Notes under the pieces: generated by a model
The model's database searches: none
Told to the model about the DNA's origin: nothing
The model's input: only the letters and a program-made list of their open reading frames with translations
Source: Eledone cirrhosa
Lineage: Eukaryota
Assembly (NCBI GenBank): GCA_964016885.1
Contig: OZ024753.1
Span: 39,742,001 to 39,806,000 of the forward strand
DNA: 64,000 bases
Direction: 5' to 3'
Made by a program: the position numbers and the translations under genes
Shown: piece after piece, positions 1 to 13,746 of the stretch
Layout of the letters: each line of letters begins with the position of its first letter
Numbering within the stretch: the stretch's first letter is position 1

Positions 1-232
1 ATTGCTCCAGTTTACTCAGCTGTAGAAATGAGATGATAGGGACTGGGGTCCATATCATTCCACTGCAAAGTGGTCGTGGAGGTGCCACGGCAAAAAAGCA
101 CCCAGCACTCACTGTAAATGAGGTTGGTGTTAGGAAGGGCATCCAGCTGTAGAAATCAAACCAGAATCAGTTCCCGTCCCACCCTTGCAAGCAGGGAAAA
201 GCCGACGTAAAACGATGATGATGATGATGATG
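1..232 (+). mobile_element. SINE 3' part with Meta-like domain and (GAT)n tail; copies 556-625 (-), 684-839, 5881-6030
   Basis: GGTTGGTGTTAGGAAGGGCATCCAGC.GTAGAAA ... GACGT.AAACGATGATG repeated. Confidence 0.7.
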
Positions 233-283
233 ATATATCCATGTATATTTTCTCCAAATTCTTATAAATTTTGTTTCTTCCAG

Positions 284-466
284 TTGTCTCGGAAGTCTTT
301 TCCTCCCTGCATGCAGCAACTCCATCAGAGCCTACGTCAAAACCATCACCTGCGACATGGTGGGCGTTTACAGTATGGATTGTTCTTGAAAGGTATTGGA
401 CTCTCATTGGAAGATGCTTTGCGCTTTTGGGGTGCAGAACTTTCACAGTCAGTTGGCATAGATAAG
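284..466 (+). CDS. PRIM2: DNA primase large subunit, internal exon ([14 protein letters not shown]...VGIDK)
   Basis: SFPPCM..L...L...[26 protein letters not shown] Fe-S domain signature; cag| acceptor at 283, |gtaaat donor at 467; 61 codons. Confidence 0.95.
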
Positions 467-840
467 GTAAATATATTTACATTATATTGGAATAACATCA
501 ACTCTGATGAATTATATATATACACACACACCCACATACATACATATATATACATATCATCATCATCATCATCATCACCGTTTTACGTCCGTTCTTCCAC
601 GCTATCATGGGTTAGACGGGTTGTCCTGTTGTGGGCAGTGTCTGGTCAGCTGACCATGCCTTGCTCATATAGGAACTGTAAACGTGGTTGGTGTTAGGAA
701 GGGCATCCAGCCGTAGAAAACCCGCCAGACAGTCCTATACGAGCAAGACAACCACTCTTGCCTCAAATGGGAAAACTCCCGTCCAAACCCATGCAAGCGT
801 GGAAGATGGACGTTAAACGATGATGATGATGATGATGATA

Positions 841-2515
841 TATATTTCCAAGAGATGTCAACATGAATGGACCTGTTATTTTTATCTAAAGACATTTTTT
901 CCAGTACCTTCTAAGGATGATTTCTTACTTCTTATGATACAGAAAACTAACCAATTTATCAGAAGAGTCAGATGGAGGGCCTACCACTTCGATAAAAAAT
1001 CTAAATGTACAGATAGGAAATATATGTATGATTTCACTACATATAAGAATCCACCACACAACTCTCTACTTGAAAACTTTGAGAAAGACCTTTTTAATTT
1101 AATTAAACACCTCAAATTTAAGAGGTATAAATCTAACTTTCAAAAGGACCTTGATTCTACCCTATTGGACCTAAAAAAATCTAAAAAAATCCATGTCCAC
1201 TCGGACAAAACTGGAAACCTATATCACATGGATATTGAAAATTACAATGAGTTCATATATAAAGAACTCAGGAAAAATTATAGAAAAACAAATAATGCGT
1301 CACTCACCAACATCAACAACAAAACACACAACATAGTGAATAAACTAAATATTGAAGATAGAATTGAACCTTTGGCATTGAAAAGACCACATTTCAACCT
1401 GAAAGATCATAAATCAAACTTTAATCCTTCTATAAGACTTATATGTCCCTCCAAATCAGATATTGGAATAATTAGCAAAAAAATTTTAGATAGAGTCATC
1501 CCACAAATAAGAAAACATGTTAATTTACCACTCTGGGAAAACACTTCCCAGGTAATTAACTGGTTTAATAATATTAGATGTAAATCCTCTGCTTCATTTC
1601 TACAATTTGATATAGATAATTACTATTCTTCTATATCACCTATACTCCTAAACAAAGCTTTGATATTTGCTAAAAATAGATCTAACTTAACTTTGGATGA
1701 CATTAATATTATTACACATGCTAGACTAACACTAATTGAATTTCAGAATGAATACTGGACCAGAAACACATAGTAATCTATTTGATATTACTATGGGCTC
1801 AAGCGATTCTGCCCAAATTACTGATCTTGTGGGCCTCTTTCTTCTTTTTAACATAAATGCTTTCTTTCCCCACCTTAAAGGTGGTTTATATCGTGATGAC
1901 TGTCTTCTTCTTTCCAACAACCTTAGCCTCTCAGGGATAGAAAAAAACAAAAAGCTTATTAGAACTTTCCTTAAAGACTATTATAGTCTAGATATTATTT
2001 TTGAAAACACAAGTAAAGTAGTTAATTTCCTAGATATAACATTAGACTTATCTACGGGTATCTACCAACCTTACCATAAACCCAACCAAAATTTACACTA
2101 CATACACTCACAATCTAATCACCCTAAATCTATCCTTAAAAACCTTGCATATAATATATCACTTAGAATTTCTAACCTTTCGTCTAACCAAGATGTATTT
2201 GATAAAAATGCGACCTTTTATAATGAAGCTCTAGCTAGAAGTGGCCACAAAAATAGATTGGAATATAAACCTTCTACCAATAACACTATAAACATACAAC
2301 CTAATATTACCAACAAACACCAAATGAAACGTACACACCTAAATGCCACTCACACTATACCCCAAAATACCAACATAAAACCAAATTTCTCTAACTCCTC
2401 TAATATACAGTATAGTAACTCTCAAAAAACTACTCATCCTACAACTCTAATAAATGTTAATAATAAAACTCCTAATAAACAAGCTAAAACACCCATAGGT
2501 GCACAAAAATATTGA
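841..2515 (+). mobile_element. Penelope-like retroelement RT ORF (Naiad-type), frameshifted near 1736-1773, 3' truncated before the GIY-YIG domain; in PRIM2 intron
   Basis: PVPSK...FIRRVRWRA N-terminus, DKTGN, FDIDNYY, FDITMGSSDSAQITDLVG, GLYRDD, VNFLDITLDL, YIHSQSNHP motifs across ORFs 820..1773 and 1736..2515. Confidence 0.9.
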
Positions 2516-2883
2516 GGCGCTCACATAAACACGCCCACACACACATCTAAATGTGTGTGTGGGCGTGTTTATGTGAGCGCCTCAATAATCATATACTTAT
2601 GATATATATATATATTCTGTCTGTTGATTACAGACATACAGATACATTAGCCCTAAATTTTATATTTACATACACTTTTTCACTATACGTATACATATGA
2701 GCATACACTTTTATGCACATCTGTGAGCGTATTTACATACATATATACACACCTAACTGTATTTTCTTGATAGATTTTTATGTATCTCAATCTTTATTTC
2801 ATTGGTCTATTTAAAATCTGTTCCCAAACAGACCAATTATTTTGAATTGTTGTTATTATCAATAAACAAGCATCATTATATAA

Positions 2884-3074
2884 GGGCGGTGGATTGGCAG
2901 TATCGGTAGAGGGTCGGACGCCATGCTTTCCAGCATAGTTACGTCCCTTTACGATCTGAGTTCAAATCCCGCCGAGGTTGACTTTGCCTTTCATCCTTAC
3001 GGGGTCGATAAAATAAAGTACCAGTAATGCACTGGGTAATTGCTGGCCTTGTGCCTAAAGTAGAAACAATTATT
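2884..3074 (+). mobile_element. tRNA-derived SINE with Deu/Nin-like core; roughly 20 full or partial copies (e.g. 20226-20857 x3, 28862-29048, 37756-37931, 43655-43843, 54355-54565, 61348-61735 x2)
   Basis: A box TGGCAGTATCGG, B box GTTCAAATCC, core GCCTTTCATCCTTACGGGGTCGATAAAATAAAGTACCAG, (ATT)n tail. Confidence 0.85.
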
Positions 3075-3269
3075 TCTGAAGACAGCATATATATGTGAAG
3101 GTATGTATATTCCCTCTGATAGTTTGTATAATTTTGTACATAGATCTTTTGAATATGCATACCAATTCTAACACATATATGTCCTAGAAACGATCGTAAA
3201 ATAATGAACTTTTTTTGTTTAATATAAGGAACTGTTTCTTTGTTTATTCATTATTTTTTAAATAATTTA

Positions 3270-5082
<1,813 letters not shown>

Positions 5083-5169
5083 CTATTAAGTTAGACCTGG
5101 TCTGGGCCAATACTGGCTGAAACCTATCAAAATTATATATATATATAAGTATATATCTATCAATTACAG

Positions 5170-5296
5170 TTTGAAAAAGCCTATTCGTATGGCATTCGGT
5201 ACAACTATGGCAAAGAAGGGAAAAGGGTAAATTTCACCCCCTACAGCTGCGCAAAGATCATCTTAAGTAATCACCCAGCTCAAGGAGATTATCACG
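5170..5296 (+). CDS. PRIM2: PRIM2 exon ([42 protein letters not shown])
   Basis: Conserved Y.IR..YGKEGKR....PYSC.KII...P..GDYHG motif; ttacag| and |gtaag; phases 0/1; not in ORF track. Confidence 0.95.
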
Positions 5297-6202
5297 GTAA
5301 GAATGTATTGTAGCTTATTTTTATAGTGTGAAGGTCTGTTGTGATGTATGACTGAAATATGGTATGAATATAGAGTGAACATGTTATAAAAAACAAATAA
5401 AAAAACAACTGGAAATTTATAAGTAAAAGAGAGTGATCTCCCTTGATACTGAGTAATATAGAGTGATCTCCCCTGATATTAAGTAATATAGAGTGACCTC
5501 CCTTGATACTAAGTAATTTAGAGTAACCTCCCTTAAATAGTTCAACCTATATTGGTTAACTTTTGTCTAGAAAGGAATTAAGGATGTATGTTCATGTACG
5601 AAATTTATATTAGAAACAAATGTTTCTATGTAACAAAGGTAAATAAAGTGGGTGATGTGATAATTCCGTAATTCCTGTTGGAGTTCTAGTCGGGCCCATC
5701 CCTCCAGGCCTGAACACTAGATTTCTTCCAGGATTGGGGGAGTGAGAATATAGATGAAGACTTGACTCCAGTACCAAAATGGTAACATATCCAAATTTAA
5801 ATATATTTAAATAAAGCTCTTCTAGACGTTTTTGTTCCCTCTGGCATTGAATCTTTGTAGTCTTAAATATATATATAAAGCGTTAGGAAGAGCATCCAGC
5901 CGTAGGAAACTAGCCAAAAACACTCACATATGAGCGAGACATCGTCACACGACCCAACTTGCCTCTAAGTGGGACAAAACCCGTCTAACCCATGCTAGCG
6001 TGGAAGAGAGAGATGTTAATCGATGATGATGAAAGCTGGAGGAAATGAGTTTTGGCGACAATGGTAGATATAATTGCTATCTCCAGCAACCATGTAGAGG
6101 TTCTCTCAACATTTAGATATAAGTATTTTGCTGACATTTGTTATTTAGCATGTTTGCCCTGTTGGTGTATAAAATCATTGTAAATATTTTCTCGTGTGTT
6201 AG

Positions 6203-6285
6203 GTTGTGTTTTCCGTCATTCTGATCCGGCTTTGCTGCGACAAAAATTCCTAGGTCAGGGAATGACAGCCGAGAATGTCTCAAAG
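6203..6285 (+). CDS. PRIM2: PRIM2 exon (GCVFRHSDPALLRQKFLGQGMTAENVSK)
   Basis: GC.FRHSD...L.QK motif with Fe-S Cys; ttag| and |gtaag; phases 1/0. Confidence 0.93.
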
Positions 6286-6933
6286 GTAAGAAAAGTTCAG
6301 TAATGGAGTGAACTAAAGAAAAATATGTTAACATATGTTAAAATTGCTTTTCCTTTGTGTTTTGCCTGGTTACTGATTAACCCTTTAGCATTTACATTAT
6401 TCTAAATTTAGTGTGGTTTGGCAGTGTCGGTAGTGTGTCAGACACCATGCTTTGCCGAGGTTAACTTTGCCTTTCATCCTTGCGGGGTCAATAAAATAAA
6501 GTACCAGTGATGTACTGGGGTAATTGTTGGCCTTGTGCCAAAAGTAGAAACTCTATATTTATTGTTGTATTTTTGTAATAAAGGCTTTACCTTACATAAT
6601 TATCTCATAATATCGAATCTATGAGATTTTGATATTTATTTTGAGAACAATACCTTAACATAAGTATGAGTAGCAAGATACAGCTGGTTTGAACAGAAAG
6701 AGGAGAGAGAATTCTTGCTGGATATGGTCGGTTTAAATGCTAAAGGCTTTATCAGATTTGTCTTATTGGCTGGGACTGATTATTCAGTCACTAATTATCT
6801 GTTGCCTTGTGAAAATGTATATAATGATGATGATAATACTGTGTCTTTCATTAGATATATAGTTGCTCATTTAATTTATAAGATATTTCTTTTAAAGTAT
6901 ATTGAAGATTTCTTTTCCTATTTTCTCTTGTAG

Positions 6934-7090
6934 GTTGTAAATTATGTGACTGAAGGCCATTTCCAGTTAGCTTGCATGAAACATTTTGAAATAACTCATG
7001 GTGTATCACAATGTAGTTTTGGTCTCCAACACCCTAATCAGTATTTTGAGGAGAGCCAAAAAATCCACAATGGAGAAGTGAAAACAAATG
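6934..7090 (+). CDS. PRIM2: PRIM2 exon (VVNYVTEGHFQLACMKHFEITHG...QHPNQYFEESQKI...)
   Basis: H.Q.AC.K.FE..H and HPNQYFEES motifs; ttgtag| and |gtaagt. Confidence 0.95.
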
Positions 7091-7525
7091 GTAAGTGGTT
7101 TTAACCTCAGATTAATGTTTTTGATTTTATGTTATGTCCATATTTGTGACTCATATGTTTAGACATCATTTTCTGAAGCTAGACAAGTCTTATGATTGAT
7201 AAAATAAGTACTTCACTAAATCATGACAGTGCTTCAACAACATGGCTGTAGTCTAAGAATTGAAACCAATAAAAGAATATAAATCATCATCATCGTTTAA
7301 CGTCCATCTTCGGACAGATTGTATTAGCAATTGGAAATACCAATGGAAGCATTGTTTCCTTGGTCTGATTTGACAAGCTGCAGCCTACATGTTAAGCGAA
7401 TGTGGCTGAATAGTTAGATCTGTGGGTAGATACAAGATGGGCAGCCTATGTACTCGTTTCATGTGCTAATAGTTTAGTTTTAATGATGGTGTTTGTATAT
7501 TGGTATGTAACTATTCAATTGAATA

Positions 7526-7617
<92 letters not shown>

Positions 7618-7621
7618 TATG

Positions 7622-7672
7622 AGATTCTACAGGACTAGAACTGTTTCATTCTTTAGAAATCATCAGGAATCT
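7622..7672 (-). ncRNA. Type I hammerhead ribozyme (family A), inverted copy
   Basis: Reverse complement of 7997-8047. Confidence 0.85.
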
Positions 7673-7996
7673 GGGTATCAAAATATAAGTATGGTATTTA
7701 TAGGTCTCTACAGGTGGTAGGAGAGGGTAGGGAATGGGATGGGTGTAGGTCATTGGTTGATAGAAAAGGGAATTCATTAAAAGCTAATTCTTCAAAGCTA
7801 TAATTTATATTTAGAGTAACAAAGGCAGAAACTTGTTTATAGAATTCTTTCTGCCTTTGTTACTCTAAATATAAACTATAGCTTTGAAGAATTAGCTTTT
7901 AATGAATTCCCTTTTCTATCAACCAATGACCTACACCCATCCCACTCCCTACCATTTGAAGAGACCTATAAATACCATACTTATTTTTTGATACCC

Positions 7997-8047
7997 AGAT
8001 TCCTGATGATTTCTAAAGAATGAAACAGTTCTAGTCCTGTAGAATCT
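7997..8047 (+). ncRNA. Type I hammerhead ribozyme (family A)
   Basis: AGAUUC-CUGAUGA-U-UUC(UAAA)GAA-U-GAAA-CAG(UUCUAGUC)CUG-UA/GAAUCU: full core, stems I-III, GUA site. Confidence 0.85.
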
Positions 8048-8184
8048 CATCTATATTAAAACTTTTATACTCTGCAATGTATTGAGTACCTTACTTACTG
8101 TGGTTACCTCCGACTCAACCCAGAATAACGTACCTATATATATATATATATATATATATAAGTAGTTCCACAACAATTAGTTCA

Positions 8185-8246
8185 CCATACTGAGAACAAA
8201 TGTTTCACCTTTTGCGGATCTTCAGCTCGGTCTGAATGAAGTATGG
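8185..8246 (-). ncRNA. Minimal hammerhead ribozyme (family F) inside fold-back element 8160-8315
   Basis: CCAUAC..GAG-CUGAAGA-UCC(GCAAAA)GGU-GAAA-CAUUUG-UU/CUC-A-GUAUGG; ~59 bp inverted arms. Confidence 0.65.
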
Positions 8247-8389
8247 AAAAGGAGGCTCCGCATAAGGTGAAACATTTGTTCTCAGTATGGTGAACTAATT
8301 GTTGTGGAACTACTTCTACCAATATATATATATAAAATCATAAATTTTTTACTGTAACTATAAAAAAAGTCTGTTTTTTTTTACTCCAG

Positions 8390-8583
8390 TTTCCTCAACA
8401 CCTGTCCGGATTGTGAAGATGTCTCAAGCCAGGTCCAACTCATCACAGAGTGGTCAGACAGTGAAATCTCCATTGGTCAATAAAGACCAAAACAGCTCAC
8501 TTATAGATGATGATGATTATATAGATGACGAGCTGCTAGTTGGGCAGCTGTTTGATGACCCCAACATGGAAATACCTGCCTGA
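8390..8583 (+). CDS. PRIM2: PRIM2 terminal exon, acidic low-complexity tail ending EIPA*
   Basis: Pyrimidine tract + ccag| acceptor, phase 1 matches previous exon, open frame to TGA 8581-8583. Confidence 0.75.
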
Positions 8584-11500
8584 ATTCATTACACACCTTC
8601 TCCCCTTTCCATCCTTCTCCTCGTCCTTCTGCTTTTTATTTTAAAAGTTGCTAAATATTCAGTTGTTGTTGGTGGTGTTGTTTGTGTGTACTGATTTCAT
8701 TTGTTTATTTATTGTTTTTGGTGGTTAAAAAACCCCCACAAAACGAAACTGTTTACATCAGACCCAGTTTTTTAAAAGTTTCATAGAAAAGGAGGTGAGG
8801 AATAGTTGGAGTGAGAGAAAGATTAGACAAGGAGGGGTACATGGTACATATGAGATGGAGGGAGGAATGGAAAAGTCAGACATTTTATATATATAGCCTG
8901 TGTGGTTGTAATAACTAAAGAAAGAGCCCTCAATATGTAAGCTGTCTCTCTCTTCCCATTTCTGCTTTTTTTATTTATCTAATGCAGCAGTAATGAAATC
9001 TGTATCAATTAAAACACCCACATACACACACACACCTCCACATACACACACACACACCTCCACATACACACACACATACACGTATATATAATATATATAT
9101 ATATATGTTTTACCTTATGTACACTCATGCACTATCTCTCATAATCATATACCCCCTCACACACACACTAGCTCTCACAATTATATATACCCACCCCCAT
9201 ACACTCACTATCTCTCTCATAATCATAGCCCCCCCCCCCCCCGCATACACCCTTCACTAGCCCCCCCCCTCTCCATGTACACTCATTCTACACATACACC
9301 CCCCTCACTCATTCTTAGTTACCTATCCACACCCACCTCATGTACACTCATTCACACATGCCTCTCACGCATTCTCAGTCAGACACACCCACACACACTC
9401 CACCACCTCTTATCTACACATGCCACTCACGCACTCATTTTCACAGTTGGACAGACAGACACACACACACTTACACGGGCGTCCATATTCATTCATCTAC
9501 GCGCACACACACACACGCACACGCACACACACTTCTTCCTCCTCCAATGAAAATAGATTCTTTGTTTGCCTTCTTATTCATCCCATACAAGCATGGAAAA
9601 TAGATGTATGATGATGACAACTATATATGATGAAGAGGATGATATAATGATGGTATATGATGATGATGTTATGATTATTTTTTTTTCTGTTTGTTGTTAT
9701 AATTATAAAATCTTTCTGTCTTGAGTCGGCAGAAATGCCAGCACAACAAAATGGAACTACACCACAACCCCACCCCACTTTAAAAACATGTTTTTTTTTT
9801 TTAACATTAAAGTAATAAATATCTGAAGTTTGTAATTGTTTCTGTTTGCAATAACTGTGAAACCTCGTTTCATGAATATTTTTTTTTTTCCGAAGTAAGA
9901 CACCTTTCGTCAACCGAGATGTTTTGAGAAATGAACACGCAAGCTAACAGTCTCTCTCTCTCTCTCACTGTATTTCTCTCTCTCTCTCACTCACTGTATT
10001 TCTCTCTCTCTCTCACTCACTGTATTTCTCTCTCACTCTCACTCACTGTATTTCTCTCTCAACACATATATGCATATCTCATCTTTCATCATCATGACAT
10101 CCATTTAATGTCCTTTAATCCATGCTAGCATAAGTTAAGCTACATATATTTCTAGATGTACATACATCATATTAAATATGAACATTTGTACATGCATATA
10201 TGTCTTCCTGACAGCTTTTATGTTTATTTAATATGATAAATGTACATCTAGTATCCAGGGTGTCCCCCCAAAAATATATACACATTTATTAGAATGTTGA
10301 TGAAGTGTGTATACATTTTTTGGGACACCTTGTATATGCATTATAACCTATGCTAGCATAGATTAGAGAAGGACATTGAATGATTAAACAGCAGTGATAA
10401 TAATGGTGATGATAAATTAGATTTGTATATATGTGTTAAGGTAGGTGACCTAGTGGTAAGGCTGTTGGGCTTCTTATTCTTCTCTTCATCCCACTTATTC
10501 CTGAGAGGGTTGTTAGGGCAGAGTTCTCAAACATTCCTTCCAGTGGGTCCTGTCAGAAGCAACCACCTCCAACTGATTCGGCTGGATGCCCAAGCAAGAC
10601 TAGCCAAGCTCCTGGATGTTATCAACCCATCTGGCTCAAGGTCTACCCCTCTATCTCCTGCTTATTGGTTTTTGCCTGTAAAAATCTGTCCAGTGATTCT
10701 TTCCTGAGACTTTCTAACCACATATGAAATGCACACACTAATTGTCTACACAGTGTAATCACCCAGACACATACGTACAGAGGGAGAATGAGAGAGACAG
10801 ACAGAGTAATCGCACACAAGCAGACAGTGCTGTCACATACAGACACATAAAAACACCCATGCACTAGTAAGTTACATCTATTCACAACGTGAATGCAAGT
10901 ATATACATGCACCAGCCCCATCACTTATTTATAGCAACTTAGAATTATCTTGACTCAAACAAAAAGATTTTATCACTTGTTAATGATAAGCTTGAATTCT
11001 GAAATGGAGAACTTAAATAAATTTTAAAGAAAAATGCACAAACTAACAAACATGTGACAAAAAGGTTGGTGTGTAAATGCCAATGAAAAAGCTTTGGTTC
11101 AGAGTTGAATATCGGCACTTTCTCAATTGGTGAAACATTTGTAAAATAGGATAAAAAAAACAACATGCCCATGCATATGTGTATGTATAAATATATACAG
11201 AAATTTGTCAAAAAACAACAACACGCACACATACATGCATATGTCTATGCATACATACACACAGATATTTGTAAAAAACAACAACACGTACACACATGCA
11301 TATGCTTACAAACACAGACATTTGTCAACAAAAAAACACGTACATATGCATGTGTGTGTGTACGTGTTTTTTTGTTGACAAATTTCTGTGTGTATGTATG
11401 CATACATACACAGAAATTTGTCAAAAAAACAACGCTAAAAACCATCGTAAGTGACCTCTAAAGAAAATAAGTTTTCTTTTTTCAGTTGTATTTTCAAAAC

Positions 11501-11653
11501 ACTTTATTTAATTTGGAGATGGAGTTATTGTTTCCAATGACTTATGAAAATTTTTGGCAAATGCGTGTTCTTTTGTTGGATTTTATGTTCAATTTAATTT
11601 AAAAATATTTTTTTAAAATCCATACATATTAGAAATGAGGAATTAAAAACCTT

Positions 11654-12729
11654 TTAAAGTGATTCCTCATCCGATCCCCGTCTTCTAGAACGTTCTGAAA
11701 GTTTACTTGGTTCACTGTGGCTAACGTGTATTATGTCTGTCTTTGATTGGTCTGGCATCATTCTATTTGTAGCTGACGTAGACATTTCTCCATGCGGACC
11801 TAAAACTTGACCTTTTATTTGAAACGTAAAGTCTATAGCAGAAACTCTTCGTAAAGGGTTGAGAATAGGGTCCCTAGTTTGCCACCATTCCCTACCTACA
11901 GAATCTTGAGCATTACCCGAAAGAGGGGCAAGTACTGTTCGTGACTGGAATGCCTGGAAAGGACACGATTCAATTTCTGCGGGAGGGCTTATTGCTGTTA
12001 ACGCTAAAAGCGAAGTCAGACGTGTTGCTGCTTTTTGTCCGTTTGCTGAGGGCATTTGACTTCGTTGTGCTAAATGGGGGTCTGAAGAAAAAAGTCTAGA
12101 AGCAAGTCTGCTTGCTTCGGAACTTGGACTTAACGTGGTTATTTTAGGACGACCCAGTACACTCTCAATCGAGATACTTTTTTTAGTAGTGGGGAAAAAT
12201 CCTTCAAAAGAGGTAGCATGAAAAAAGTTATTACGAGGTATGTTACGGCGTGAGCGTTGCACATGTGGAAAACTTTCTCTCCTGACCGTCACTCGGATCG
12301 ACTCTCGCCGAAAGTAACTCAACGGCAGACTGTGTCTACGCGAACCAGGAACGAAGTTTTCTCGGTTTTCCATTGTAGGAGAACTACTTCGGAGACTTTC
12401 TGAATGATCTAAAGAGCCATGTCTGGACGGTAATGTTGACAGGAAGCGGGTTTCGCCAATGATATCACCCTCTTCTGATTCACTGTTGTCCGTGTCTCCT
12501 GTAATATTATTGTCCTCATTCAGTTCATCTTGTTCGAACACAGAAGATAAACTGCCGGACGTATGCTCCTCGTTGTTCAGTTCGGCTTCTCTTTGTAATT
12601 CTATGGCTCTTTCTTTTTCCCAACGGTGTTTGTTTGTTTTCACATTCTCCAACATGTCCTTCGATAATTCAGACGGCATGAAACGCAGCCATTCATGAAA
12701 CAAGGGGTAAACGACATGCTCCATAAAAC
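11654..12729 (-). CDS. PDE7: PDE7-like phosphodiesterase terminal exon (GFMEHVVYPLFHEWLRF... plus long C-terminal tail)
   Basis: GF...V.PLF.EW end of PDEase domain; tttgtag| acceptor, phase 1; open to TAA at 11654. Confidence 0.9.
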
Positions 12730-13665
12730 CTACAAAAAAGAAAGAAAAAAAAAAAAATAAGACCGGAACGTTCTGCTCTGAGAGTTCCCCATACTCTGTG
12801 GAAAGGATTTTTAAGTTCATAAATATTAGGCCAAAAAAAAAAAGGGGGGGGGGGTAATATTAAGTGCGGACCTGCCAACTTCTAAAAACCCAAATGGGAT
12901 ATACCATGAAACAAAGTGCCACAAATCGGGGAGAAATGAGGCAAAATAAGGAGATTTTACATAATGAAAGTTATACCCATTTTCACAAGAGAAGACATCT
13001 CTCACCAACCTCAAAGTAGTTGGGAGATGTCCCCGTCGGACGAGGAGAGTTGACAGTTCTGTAAATGCCAGGTAACAAACGTATTCCTTGCTTTCATTTT
13101 ACCGCTCATTTCGCATTGTCTTAGCCTTCTTAAAACAATATTTCCTACATTATATACTACACACAATGTTTCAAGTTAACTACAATATTCTATTAAAAAA
13201 ATAATGGTTTCCACCAGTTCACTCAGCTGTACATGTGTACCAGCAGCAACTGGAGGTTAACTTTGCGACGAACTGACGCCATGTCCAAGGGGAGGGGGAG
13301 TAGTCTTGTACTTTCAGTGGTTGGAGAGTTGGTTTCGCAATCGTGAGGTTGCGAGTTCAATTCTCGGACTGTGTGATGCGTTGTGTCCTTGAGTAAGACA
13401 CTTTATTTCACGTTGATCCTTCTGCCAGGAATTGTGACCGGTAGATGGTATCAGGAATGGAAAGACCAATGGAAACATTGTTTCCTTGGTCCGATTTGAC
13501 GAGGTCCATCCCACTCGGCAATCGAATGAGGTCAAGTATTTGTCGATCGATCAGAGCGAATGCCACATGAAACCGGGGTTAGCTCCAGCCTGGTGTGCTT
13601 GAACCTCACTCAGATTTATGTTTAAGGGACTAATTCACTACTAAGATGTTATTTTGAATACTTAC

Positions 13666-13746
13666 CGGCTTGTATTTTTGCCATAGATGTTGAATATCTG
13701 TCGCACATTGGTGTGATGGGCAGTTTTAATTTTCTCTCACAATCAC
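13666..13746 (-). CDS. PDE7: PDE7-like exon (GDCERKLKLPITPMCDRYSTSMAKIQA)
   Basis: GD.E....LP..P.CDR...IQ motif with invariant Gln; ag|..|gtaag; 81 nt. Confidence 0.93.

Larger units (their letters stand above)
7619..8133. mobile_element. Fold-back Penelope pseudo-LTR-like element, family A
   Basis: ~210 bp inverted arms 7619-7831 / 7848-8050 plus unique 3' tail to 8133; flanked by (TA)n/(GA)n. Confidence 0.8.

Noticed and set aside
2513-2587. UGA plus hairpin as selenocysteine recoding signal
   Set aside because: Perfect inverted duplication without SECIS features; no endonuclease coding resumes after it
2884-2975. tRNA gene
   Set aside because: A/B boxes belong to a SINE head; no cloverleaf and continues into the SINE body
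5095-5130. Hammerhead next to the TA array (GCC-AATACT-GGC-TGAAAC)
   Set aside because: No CUGANGA box or stem I pairing
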